Below, one piece after another: positions 26,927 to 37,236 of a DNA stretch of 64,000 nt (positions are counted from its first letter, which is position 1; every line of letters starts with the position of its first letter). This DNA comes from an uncultured Candidatus Saccharibacteria bacterium. GTDB taxonomy: Bacteria > Patescibacteriota > UBA1384 > CAILIB01. Under the pieces are notes generated by a model. That model did not search any database. It was not told the DNA's origin and saw nothing but the letters and a program-made list of their open reading frames with translations. The translations under genes and the position numbers were made by a program. The stretch is taken from positions 425,929 to 489,928 of the forward strand of contig CAZQKK010000001.1 in assembly GCA_964593885.1 (NCBI GenBank), in the 5' to 3' direction.

Positions 26927-28666
26927 CTAGAGCGGGATTTTTGGGTTTCCTCTGGCGAAAGCGTACGCCGGGGTGCGATCGCCACGAGAGAACATCTCCC
27001 ACTCGGGGAAGATCGCAACAGTGGCCACGTGCATCTCGAGAACCTTCTGTCTCACCTCGTGGTTGACATCAGGTTTTCCTCGCTGGAACGCGACGAAGTC
27101 TTGCTGGCGCAAGTTTGCCGCGTACATGTAGCCAACCAGCCAACCCATGGGCAGGATGTACTGGAGCGAGGTGGTATCGATGCCGGCCTGTAGTAGTTTC
27201 TCGTAGAGGTCCCTACTAGCATCTGCTACCCCCATGAGTGCATCGTGGAGCTCGCCAGGCGCGGGTTTGTCGTACCAGTAGAAGCCAATATCTGGAGTTG
27301 CCAGAGTTCGCTTGTGTGTGGACATCCCCATCCGGTGCAGGTCTCGCCAACCTCGGTAGCTGATTACTCCTTTGTAGGCTACGGTGACAACTTCAAACTC
27401 CCGGGGGAGCTTGTCGTACTCACCTCTACCAGCGCTGAAGAGGAGCGAATGGGCTTCCTCAAGGCTACCAGGAGGTTCAGCCCACAGACCGAAGCTGTTG
27501 AGCAGTGTTGTCTCGATTGAGCCCTCAGCATGGACGCTCGTAACGGTCGTATGCCCATAACCTGAGAAGCAAGGAGTATCGAGGTAGTTCCACGCAATGA
27601 CATTTGCCGGTGTCGGCTCGTAGTGACGAGCAAACTGGTCGGCGCCAACCAGAGCTGATTCCTCGAGGAGTAGCTCTACGAGAACCAGGTTCTCGGCAGT
27701 GCCGTCCAGGATGAGGTGTCTGAGGATGCTGGGGAAGCTTTCCCCAGAGCACGTGACACCCAGAGAGGTGCACGTACAGTTGGGCAGGAAGTTCCCACCA
27801 ACATCACAGAGCTCCCCGAAGACCGCCATATCGAGCTCCGAGCTTTTCTCGAAGCCATGACCGTAGGTCTCCCTAAGGAAGGGTCCGAAGTACCCGTCGT
27901 TGTAGTTGTTGGTAGCACTGCCTTGCATCTCGCGATACTTGGTGAAGTAGCTGGCAACCACATCTTGGATCCACAGCGATGTTTCTTCGCTGATGTCCCA
28001 CTCCTCCCAGATAGGGTAGAGCAGGGCATTCGCCAGGTTGACGTAACGGCTGGATAGTTCCACGTAGCCAGCACCCGGTCGAGTCCATTCGATTGACTTC
28101 GCGGTAAGGATCGAAACCCCTTCCACTAAGAAGTGAATGACCCCCATCCGAGCGATGGAGTTGTGGCCGTACTTGTCCAGCCAAACGCTGATGAAGCGTC
28201 TGGCCCGGATGCTCGAGGCGATGCTCGCCCAGAGTGACTTGGGGATCTGGAATGCCGTGAGGAATGCACCTACGAGTTCCGCCGCTTCTGTTGAGTAGTC
28301 GATGAACTCCTGCAAGCAGGTGATCTTCTTCTCAGCGAGGAAGCTCAGTGGGTTCTCGCTCCACTTCTCGTTTTCGATTACCTCGGTGAGGCCCGTTGAT
28401 AGCGTGGAAGGTATCCAGCTGTCAACGAAGATTCCCCGAGCGCCACGTGAGTTCGTCATGCGGCTATACATCGAGAGGAGAGCGGTAACAGCGGTTTCGG
28501 GCAGGTTCTTCAAGAACGCAACACGCTTGGTGCGGTTGGTGAAGAAGCAGTCAATGATTGATCCTTCCAAATCCGTGAAGGAGTATGGAAGGGGGGCTGT
28601 AAGGAACGTTCTTGCAGCAGCGAGGGCGCGTAACGAAGCTTTCATAAGTTTTTCTGGTCCTCCCAT
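26927..28666 (-). CDS. ThyX-family (flavin-dependent thymidylate synthase) homologue, unusually long with two ThyX-like segments and a degenerate signature in the first
   Basis: aa ~165-210 KYGHNSIARMGVIHFLVEGVSILTAKSIEWTRPGAGYVELSSRY aligns to ThyX [42 protein letters not shown] (RHR replaced by TRP); C-terminal LPMGWLVGYMYAANLRQQDFVAFQRGKPDVNHEVRQ aligns to ThyX [36 protein letters not shown]; a second RHR-like segment YRGWRDLHRMGMS lies at aa ~440. Confidence 0.6.
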   Translation of the reverse strand: MGGPEKLMKASLRALAAARTFLTAPLPYSFTDLEGSIIDCFFTNRTKRVAFLKNLPETAVTALLSMYSRMTNSRGARGIFVDSWIPSTLSTGLTEVIENEKWSENPLSFLAEKKITCLQEFIDYSTEAAELVGAFLTAFQIPKSLWASIASSIRARRFISVWLDKYGHNSIARMGVIHFLVEGVSILTAKSIEWTRPGAGYVELSSRYVNLANALLYPIWEEWDISEETSLWIQDVVASYFTKYREMQGSATNNYNDGYFGPFLRETYGHGFEKSSELDMAVFGELCDVGGNFLPNCTCTSLGVTCSGESFPSILRHLILDGTAENLVLVELLLEESALVGADQFARHYEPTPANVIAWNYLDTPCFSGYGHTTVTSVHAEGSIETTLLNSFGLWAEPPGSLEEAHSLLFSAGRGEYDKLPREFEVVTVAYKGVISYRGWRDLHRMGMSTHKRTLATPDIGFYWYDKPAPGELHDALMGVADASRDLYEKLLQAGIDTTSLQYILPMGWLVGYMYAANLRQQDFVAFQRGKPDVNHEVRQKVLEMHVATVAIFPEWEMFSRGDRTPAYAFARGNPKIPL

Positions 28667-28709
28667 CTAATGGGTCACCATGAAGCTACCAGAACTGGCT
28701 CCTGAAAGC

Positions 28710-28742
28710 AAAAAAATGCCGCCAAGTTGCTACTTAGGCGGC
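28710..28742 (-). terminator. intrinsic terminator (GCCGCC-loop-GGCGGC plus T7 on minus strand) overlapping the tmk stop codon
   Basis: 6-bp GC stem 28718-28742, A7 on + strand at 28710-28716. Confidence 0.55.
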
Positions 28743-29456
28743 GCGGAGAATGGGCTCTACAATCGCCCAGATGTCGTTGGCGGTTTCCTCCACGGGCTTG
28801 AGGGTGTTACCAACCTTGTCGTGGCAGTCAACCAGGTGCCAGTTGGCGTAGTGTCCGGCGAGCTCCTGGTAGAGGTTGGCAATCTTCTGGACGTGAGCAT
28901 CGCTGCTCTCGTGACCATCCTTGCCTTCCCCTCCTGTTGCCTGACGAGCATCTGCCATGGCCTGGGTGACCGAGGCTGGTGCTGTTTGAACGATGACCAG
29001 ATCTTCAACAAGGATGCCATTGTGGTGGTACTCTAGGTTGGTAAGCCAGTTGAGGTATTCCTCTAGTTCAACGGGATCGTCGATCTTGGCACCCTGGTAG
29101 GCCATGTTACTTGCCACGTACCTGCCAGTGACGATGTTGATTCCTGCTTCCAGCTTTGGCAACACTTCGCGGGTGAATTCCATCCGATCAACCGCGTACA
29201 GCACGCTCGCGAGCTTGTAGTGGATGTCGTTGGTCTCGCCAAGGCGCCTGCCCAGGTACTCCTTGATGAGTTGACCGTAGGGACCTGCTTCGTAACGGGG
29301 AAGTGCTGCTTCAGCGACGCTGAAACCAGCTTCGCCAATGCGCTTGCACAGCTCTCTGACCTGGGTAGTTTTACCCACGCCACCCGCACTGTCGAGGACT
29401 AAGAGTTTTCCGGGGTAGTTACCCCGGAGTTGGTGGTAGGGACGTAATTGCATCAT
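28734..29456 (-). CDS. tmk: thymidylate (dTMP) kinase
   Basis: P-loop LLVLDSAGGVGKTTQ, Tmk DRY-region TGRYVASNMAYQGA, lid region; aligns along its length with E. coli Tmk. Confidence 0.8.
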   Translation of the reverse strand: MMQLRPYHQLRGNYPGKLLVLDSAGGVGKTTQVRELCKRIGEAGFSVAEAALPRYEAGPYGQLIKEYLGRRLGETNDIHYKLASVLYAVDRMEFTREVLPKLEAGINIVTGRYVASNMAYQGAKIDDPVELEEYLNWLTNLEYHHNGILVEDLVIVQTAPASVTQAMADARQATGGEGKDGHESSDAHVQKIANLYQELAGHYANWHLVDCHDKVGNTLKPVEETANDIWAIVEPILRAA

Positions 29457-29522
29457 GTTGGTTCACGTTTTCCTCACTTGAAACGTCTCTCTCAGCATAG
29501 CGAAAGCCACGTGGAGGGCAAG

Positions 29523-29547
29523 AAAAAACCACACCGGGAGGGTGTGG
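29523..29547 (-). terminator. intrinsic terminator CCACACC-GGGAG-GGTGTGG with T6 on the minus strand, downstream of the dCTP-deaminase-like gene
   Basis: 7-bp stem and A-run (+) / T-run (-), 15 nt after the stop at 29563. Confidence 0.6.
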
Positions 29548-29562
29548 TAGAGGACAAGGGTT

Positions 29563-30669
29563 TTAGGGATTAGGCTCAGCGAAGAACTTCGCCAACCTGA
29601 CGCAGTCTTGGTTCTGGTAGTTGTTGGTACCCGTGCTTCCGTAGGGTTTCTCAGGTGGGGCGCTCATCATCTCCAGCTGGAGCAAGCCAACTGGCTGCTG
29701 GTGTCCGAGTATGAGGGTAGTTAACCCGATGTTCCTAATCTCAAACACCGCACGAGCGCCGCGAAACGCAGGTTTCTCGTTCCAGCCAAAGTGGGGATCG
29801 AAGAACCCCGCATCGTGGCTGAGGAGGGCGCCGTACCGGTGGTCGTGGGCAACCATCTCGCCGCAGACATCCATGGGGATGCAGAGCTGCTCGCACGAAG
29901 CAGCAAGCACGCACTGACCAGGATCGAGGTAGAGCTTTCCCTTGTAGAGACCCTTCGGGGCGAAGTAGTCTGTGGGGTCGGTGTCCTTCCGGCTCAGATC
30001 TAGGGTTCGTCCCGTTCGCCTACCGAGGTAGTTACTGGGAGAGAGTGAGAGATCAAGGTGGAGCTGGATACCGTTCTCCTGCACTGATCCAGGGCACGTA
30101 CCGCCATCAAGCACCCTGTACTGTTCGATGAACTGCCTGAGGGCATTGCCGCGGATGGTCTTGAGCCTCCCAGACTTGATCCGAAGCTGGGCGGCGGGTT
30201 CGCCACCACGTACCGTCAACCTGATGATTTGGGGGGTGATGAGCATGTAGAGCCTGCCCTGGTACCCCTTTGGTACGTGGTTGATGGCGGTGGGATTCTC
30301 GGTGACCACCTGGATTCCCGCAAAGATTCTCCCGAAGGAGCTCTTGGGGTTCACCAGGCCGTCCAAGTACGGGGGGAGGTGCAGGCTTCCCGGGATTTCT
30401 GTGATGTACAGGCTTCCCGGGCTGAGTGTGACGCTCCCTCCCATAGATAGGACGTGGTCATTGAGCCTGTGGCTCTTGATGAAGTCTAGGATGTGGGTGG
30501 TGCCGTCAAGGTTGGGAACCGTCGAGATCTCGGTGATTCTATCGCCAATGACGAGGTCCCACGAGCTTGGCTGCAGGTGCTGAAGGTCGAAGCGCTCAAG
30601 AAAGCGCTGGTCGGCAAGGGTTTTGAGCTGGGTATCGCAGAGCGTTCCAGCGGCGTATGGGTTTTTCAT
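29563..30669 (-). CDS. large (368 aa) dCTP-deaminase-like protein of the dUTPase superfamily (two-lobed 'DCD'-type)
   Basis: C-terminal HDHRYGALLSHDAGFFDPHFGW resembles the dCTP deaminase/dUTPase motif (TAGWIDPGF.G); about twice the size of canonical Dcd; adjacent to tmk and the ThyX-like gene. Confidence 0.6.
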   Translation of the reverse strand: MKNPYAAGTLCDTQLKTLADQRFLERFDLQHLQPSSWDLVIGDRITEISTVPNLDGTTHILDFIKSHRLNDHVLSMGGSVTLSPGSLYITEIPGSLHLPPYLDGLVNPKSSFGRIFAGIQVVTENPTAINHVPKGYQGRLYMLITPQIIRLTVRGGEPAAQLRIKSGRLKTIRGNALRQFIEQYRVLDGGTCPGSVQENGIQLHLDLSLSPSNYLGRRTGRTLDLSRKDTDPTDYFAPKGLYKGKLYLDPGQCVLAASCEQLCIPMDVCGEMVAHDHRYGALLSHDAGFFDPHFGWNEKPAFRGARAVFEIRNIGLTTLILGHQQPVGLLQLEMMSAPPEKPYGSTGTNNYQNQDCVRLAKFFAEPNP

Positions 30670-30754
30670 GTCCGTAGGTCTCCGAAGAGGGCGCTGAAAC
30701 AGGCTCTCAATGCTTGTTATACCAGGTTACTTGCGGGGCGAAAAGGCGGAGTAA

Positions 30755-32819
<2,065 letters not shown>

Positions 32820-32821
<2 letters not shown>

Positions 32822-32841
32822 AAAACACCTCGGGTGAGGTG
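32820..32841 (-). terminator. hairpin CACCTC-GGGT-GAGGTG with A6 (+) / T6 (-), oriented as terminator for the minus-strand membrane-protein genes
   Basis: immediately after the ligA stop; T-run is on the minus strand. Confidence 0.5.
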
Positions 32842-32849
32842 TGGGGGAT

Positions 32850-33311
32850 TTATGCTGGAGTGCCAGGAGGGAGGCTGCAAACTCCCCTGTACGCTTTCCG
32901 AGCCTTGAGCTTTACTTTCACTTTTCGCCTCCGCCCTTTTGGGGGCTTTGGTCTGAAGTAGACTATCCAGAAGATAGCGCAAAGGATGGCTGGAAGGTAC
33001 GCGGCAGGATCTTTCCCGGAGCCTCCGCTTCCGTAGAAGTAGAGGAAGCTGAAAATTCCCAGATTGAGGAGAACAAAGAAGACGAGCTTCGACTCTCGAT
33101 CACTGAGAGTGAGTGAGATGAATGCGTAGAACGCATAGTTTGAGAAAGCGATACCCGCCAGAAAAATGATGAACCTAATGATGCCATGTTCCAAGTTGTG
33201 CAAGAACCTCTGGTAACGTTGTACCAGAAAACCACGAGATACAAAAAAGCCCCGGCTCTCGCCGAGGCTTTTCTTGTAGCCGGGTGGACTACATTTCGAT
33301 GAGCCAGCCAA
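32850..33311 (-). CDS. hypothetical small membrane protein with very basic C-terminus (uncertain)
   Basis: 153-aa ORF, 3 hydrophobic segments, C-terminal KPPKGRRRKVKVKLKARK; supported only by the minus-strand terminator downstream. Confidence 0.3.
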   Translation of the reverse strand: MAGSSKCSPPGYKKSLGESRGFFVSRGFLVQRYQRFLHNLEHGIIRFIIFLAGIAFSNYAFYAFISLTLSDRESKLVFFVLLNLGIFSFLYFYGSGGSGKDPAAYLPAILCAIFWIVYFRPKPPKGRRRKVKVKLKARKAYRGVCSLPPGTPA

Positions 33312-33675
33312 CTACCATACCAAGGACTACAAAGCTCAGAACCCAGTTAGCAATAATTGCCCATTCCAGGTTAGCCTTAGCCTTGAAGTAGCCTGCATCT
33401 GCAAAGAGCGGGATCATGAAGAACGGTACGCCAACCATGAGACCGAGTTGGAACCCTTTCATCACACTGCTCACATCACCGGCGTTGTAGTTCTTGAAGA
33501 GCATAATGAACATCCACGAAATGATGTACATCCCAACTCCTGCAATCACAAACCTGGTAGGGGTGAGCTTCACCGCACTATCGCCTATAAACGACTTAAA
33601 GAGAACACCGTAACACAGAACACCAACCACGAAGATGGCAAGTAAGCCAAAGAGTGCCATCAAGTATTCGTTCAT
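33289..33675 (-). CDS. DUF1761-like 4-TM membrane protein
   Basis: 128 aa, four hydrophobic helices, pattern resembles the DUF1761 family (recollection; unverified). Confidence 0.5.
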   Translation of the reverse strand: MNEYLMALFGLLAIFVVGVLCYGVLFKSFIGDSAVKLTPTRFVIAGVGMYIISWMFIMLFKNYNAGDVSSVMKGFQLGLMVGVPFFMIPLFADAGYFKAKANLEWAIIANWVLSFVVLGMVVGWLIEM

Positions 33676-33782
33676 GGAACCTCCGATGTGGTCTACTGAT
33701 TAGATACCACCAGTGAAGTACGTTTCTGCCCTAAATACAAGCGTTTTGGCAAACAGGAGCGCTTTTGCTAGGATGAACAGGT

Positions 33783-34106
33783 ATGAGCAAGCTCTCCAAA
33801 ACAGACGTCCAACACCTCGCTAGCCTTGCTCGCCTCAACCTGACGGCAGCGGAGTCTGAGCGGTACGCAGACCAGCTTTCAACCATCGTTTCCTACGTTG
33901 ACCAACTCACTAGTGTAGACACTGGAGTTGCTGGGAGCGAAGGGGTCTCGGGTCTCACCAACGTACTCCAGGCAGATGAGCCTCGGGGAAGTGAGAGCCT
34001 TGGAAACCTTAACCCAGACGAGGCACTTGCAGGGGCACCGCTTCGTGACGGGTCTAACCTTGTGGTACGGGCAGTGCTCGGTGCCTCAGATGCGGAGGCA
34101 GCATGA
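33783..34106 (+). CDS. gatC: Asp/Glu-tRNA amidotransferase subunit C
   Basis: LSKTDVQHLASLARLNLTAAE...YVDQL pattern of GatC; ATGA overlap with gatA. Confidence 0.85.
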   Translation: MSKLSKTDVQHLASLARLNLTAAESERYADQLSTIVSYVDQLTSVDTGVAGSEGVSGLTNVLQADEPRGSESLGNLNPDEALAGAPLRDGSNLVVRAVLGASDAEAA

Positions 34107-35608
34107 GCGAAATTTCTAAACCACTCTTTTCGCTTACCGTTGCAGAAGCCGCAGGTTACCTTGAGGACGGCAGCGTCACTTCGCTCCAGCTCACTGAAGC
34201 CTGTCTCAAGCGTATAGAAGAGCTTGAACCAAAGATTAACGCCTTCACGTGGGTTGGCAGAGACCAGGCAGTTGCAGCAGCAAAGGCCAGCGATGAGCGC
34301 CGGGCTGCTGGAAAGACTAAGGGAAAGCTTGATGGGATTCCCTACAACCTCAAAGATGTCTACGCCACCAAGGGAATGCCAACCACTGCCTCTTCACACA
34401 TGCTTGAAGGCTGGATTTCCCCCTACAACGCCACGGTGTTCCAGAAACTTGAGGATGCCGGTTGTGTGCTCCTGGGAAAGACCAACACCGATGAGTTCAC
34501 CATGGGAGTTTCTACTGAAACCTCGTACATGGGAGTTACCCGCAACCCCTGGGACCTGGAGCGGGTGAGCGGGGGATCTAGTGGGGGGCCAGCTGCCTCT
34601 ATGAGCGCCCACATGGGACTCTTCTCTATTGGTACCGATACCGGTGGCTCTATAAGGCAGCCTGCAGCTTTCTGTGGCGTTACGGGCCTAAGGCCAACCT
34701 ACGGGAGAATCAGCCGGTTTGGCGAATTGCCCATGGCATCATCTCTCGATCAAACTGGCCCCATCACCAAAACCGCCTACGACGCAGCGCTCATCTTAGA
34801 GGTGCTCTCAGGGCACGATGAGCTTGATGCCACATCTTCACCAGAACCGGTTGGTGCCTATGCTGCAGACATTGACTCACTCCCACAGGAGAAGCCACTT
34901 GCAGGCATGAAAGTTGGAGTGGCAGAAGAGTACTTTGGCGAAGGGGTGAAGCCAGAGGTTGAAGCTCTCGTGAGAGATGCCATTAAGGAACTTGAAAAGC
35001 AAGGTGCCACTATTGTGGAGGTATCGCTCCCTAACGCCATGCACGCGCTGGCAGTCTACTACATTATCGCTCCAGCTGAGGTCTCCTCAAACATGGCTCG
35101 TTACGATGGCATCAGGTTTGGACACTCCATTGAGCGCGAAGATGGGGAGGGCGCTAAGCACAGTCTCCAGGATATCTACACCAAGAGCCGTACTGAAGGT
35201 TTGGGTGCCGAGGTGAAACGCCGAATTATGCTGGGAACCCACGTACTCTCATCTGGTTACTTTGACGCCTACTACAAGAAGGCTGAGGCAGTTAGGGAAG
35301 TGGTGAGGAGCGAATTTAAGCAGGTCTTCACCCAAGTGGATGCCCTGGTGGCTCCCGTTTCGCCTCACACTGCTTTCAAGATTGGTGAGCAGGTGGGAGA
35401 TCCTCTCGCCATGTACAAGGAAGACATCCTTACCGTTCCCCTCAACATTGCAGGTATTCCAGGTATCAGCATCCCTTGTGGGCAGGCTAACAGCATGCCG
35501 GTAGGGCTGCAGATCATGGCAGACCACTTTGATGAAGCAAGCATTTTCAAGGTTGCTGCTGCCTACCAGCGTGCTACCAACCACCACCAAGAGTTTCCAA
35601 AAGTATAA
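34103..35608 (+). CDS. gatA: Asp/Glu-tRNA amidotransferase subunit A (amidase signature family)
   Basis: amidase signature GGSSGGPAA...GTDTGGSIRQPAAFCGV. Confidence 0.9.
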   Translation: MSEISKPLFSLTVAEAAGYLEDGSVTSLQLTEACLKRIEELEPKINAFTWVGRDQAVAAAKASDERRAAGKTKGKLDGIPYNLKDVYATKGMPTTASSHMLEGWISPYNATVFQKLEDAGCVLLGKTNTDEFTMGVSTETSYMGVTRNPWDLERVSGGSSGGPAASMSAHMGLFSIGTDTGGSIRQPAAFCGVTGLRPTYGRISRFGELPMASSLDQTGPITKTAYDAALILEVLSGHDELDATSSPEPVGAYAADIDSLPQEKPLAGMKVGVAEEYFGEGVKPEVEALVRDAIKELEKQGATIVEVSLPNAMHALAVYYIIAPAEVSSNMARYDGIRFGHSIEREDGEGAKHSLQDIYTKSRTEGLGAEVKRRIMLGTHVLSSGYFDAYYKKAEAVREVVRSEFKQVFTQVDALVAPVSPHTAFKIGEQVGDPLAMYKEDILTVPLNIAGIPGISIPCGQANSMPVGLQIMADHFDEASIFKVAAAYQRATNHHQEFPKV

Positions 35609-35636
35609 ATCCGTTAGTACGTAACCCAAGGACCCT

Positions 35637-36287
35637 ATGAAACCACTCGGACTCATTGCACTCATCCTCGTTCTCCTCATGCCACTTGGTGCCTTCTTCC
35701 TGTCTAACAACCTCAATGTTCCTCTTGATGAGGCCTCACCTTCCCCAACTGTAGCCACTACCACTAACCCAAGTAATATGACCGATCCAGCCGATGTTGT
35801 AAGCGCCCGCGTTGTTATCCTCTCAACCTCAAAGGGAGACATTAAGCTCAACCTCTTCCGAGATGAGACGCCACAGACAGTCAAGAACTTCGTTACCCTC
35901 GGCAAGCGCGGAGCCTACAAGGATGTTATCTTCCACCGCGTCATCCGTGACTTCATGATTCAGGGTGGCGATCCAACCGGTACCGGCAGCGGTGGCTCAA
36001 GTATCTACGGGGCGAAGTTTGCCGATGAGTTTGGTAACGTCGCCACTAGGAAAATGGAGCCAGGTACCATTGCCATGGCCAACTCTGGGGCAAACACCAA
36101 CGGAAGTCAGTTCTTCATCGTTACCGAGACCAACCAGCCACACCTAGACGGCAAGCACACCAACTTCGGGAAGGTTGCCGATGAAGCAAGCATGGCAGTA
36201 GTACGTGCTATTGCGGCAGTTGCAGTTGATAGTCAAGATCGTCCATTGGAGCCAATCACCATTACGGGTTTCAGCATTGTTGAGTAA
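35637..36287 (+). CDS. secreted cyclophilin-type peptidyl-prolyl cis-trans isomerase
   Basis: signal peptide; FHRVIRDFMIQGGDPTGTGSGG...GSQFFIV cyclophilin motifs. Confidence 0.85.
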   Translation: MKPLGLIALILVLLMPLGAFFLSNNLNVPLDEASPSPTVATTTNPSNMTDPADVVSARVVILSTSKGDIKLNLFRDETPQTVKNFVTLGKRGAYKDVIFHRVIRDFMIQGGDPTGTGSGGSSIYGAKFADEFGNVATRKMEPGTIAMANSGANTNGSQFFIVTETNQPHLDGKHTNFGKVADEASMAVVRAIAAVAVDSQDRPLEPITITGFSIVE

Positions 36288-36292
36288 GCCAC

Positions 36293-36784
36293 ATGGCACA
36301 GGACTACCGCCACAACCAGAGGAAACAGCCAAAGGTATCTGCTGAGCAGCAGGTGGTTGAGGCAATTGCCAAGGGGATTTGGGCGGTGGTCAGTTTCCCT
36401 TTCAAGCTTGGAAAGCGGGGAGGATCCTCAAAGAAAGCTGGGTTAGTTCCAGCTACAGTGGCTCAGGAACTGGGGCAGCACTGGGAGGTGGTCTCGCTCT
36501 ACAGCCAGACTCCCAACACCTTTGCAGTTGCCATCTCAGAAGCTGACAAGCTCTTGGACAATGCCCTCAAGGCAGCTAACTTTGCAGGCACCACCATGGG
36601 GGAGAGACTCAAAGCCTCTCAGCACATCTTTGATCCCTACCTCTACAATATGATCTGGGAAGCTCACAAGCTGAGGAATCGCCTTGCCCATGAGGTTGGT
36701 ACCAGTGTGAACGGCCAGGAGGTGCAGCAGGCTCTCCACGCATTTGAGCAAGGGCTAGTAAGGCTAGGTGTATTCATTCACTGA
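36293..36784 (+). CDS. hypothetical protein
   Basis: 163-aa ORF in a coding-dense + strand run; no recognised motif. Confidence 0.45.
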   Translation: MAQDYRHNQRKQPKVSAEQQVVEAIAKGIWAVVSFPFKLGKRGGSSKKAGLVPATVAQELGQHWEVVSLYSQTPNTFAVAISEADKLLDNALKAANFAGTTMGERLKASQHIFDPYLYNMIWEAHKLRNRLAHEVGTSVNGQEVQQALHAFEQGLVRLGVFIH

Positions 36785-36789
36785 AAACC

Positions 36790-37233
36790 ATGGCATTCCC
36801 AGAAAGCCCCAATATCACTCCAGTCTTTGAAACTCCACCAACACGTGAGCAGCTGAGGCAAAGTCTGATAGCTGATCCTTACAATGCCATTATCCGCTCT
36901 GTTGAAGATATTGCTGAGCAGGCGCGAGATCAGTTTGAATCACTGGCCCCTGAAGTTCCTGAAAACCAGGAAAGCATCGTCAATATGTACCGAGAGCTGC
37001 TCACCAATAACTTCGCCCAGCTCCTCCAGAAGGTATCCGAGGAACGAGATGCTCGTCTTACGGAATTTGATAAGCAACCAGAAGAGATTAGCGCCGATAC
37101 AATCACCAAGTGGTACAGTGGCGTTGCCACAAAAGCAGCATCGCTCCAGGTTGCCTACACTTCACGAGCACGTGAAATCCAGAATAGTGCAGTGATGCCG
37201 CTCACCCAATTTGCTAATGCCCACAACCGCTAA
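36790..37233 (+). CDS. hypothetical protein
   Basis: 147-aa ORF, acidic, no recognised motif. Confidence 0.45.
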   Translation: MAFPESPNITPVFETPPTREQLRQSLIADPYNAIIRSVEDIAEQARDQFESLAPEVPENQESIVNMYRELLTNNFAQLLQKVSEERDARLTEFDKQPEEISADTITKWYSGVATKAASLQVAYTSRAREIQNSAVMPLTQFANAHNR

Positions 37234-37236
37234 GCC

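Noticed and set aside
26927-28666. Initial impression that the 579-aa minus-strand ORF was an unrelated hypothetical or glycosyltransferase-like protein
   Set aside because: Manual alignment shows two ThyX-like segments (KYGHNS..., YxELSxRY, LP..N.R..F..LR...H.E..Q), so it is called ThyX-family instead.
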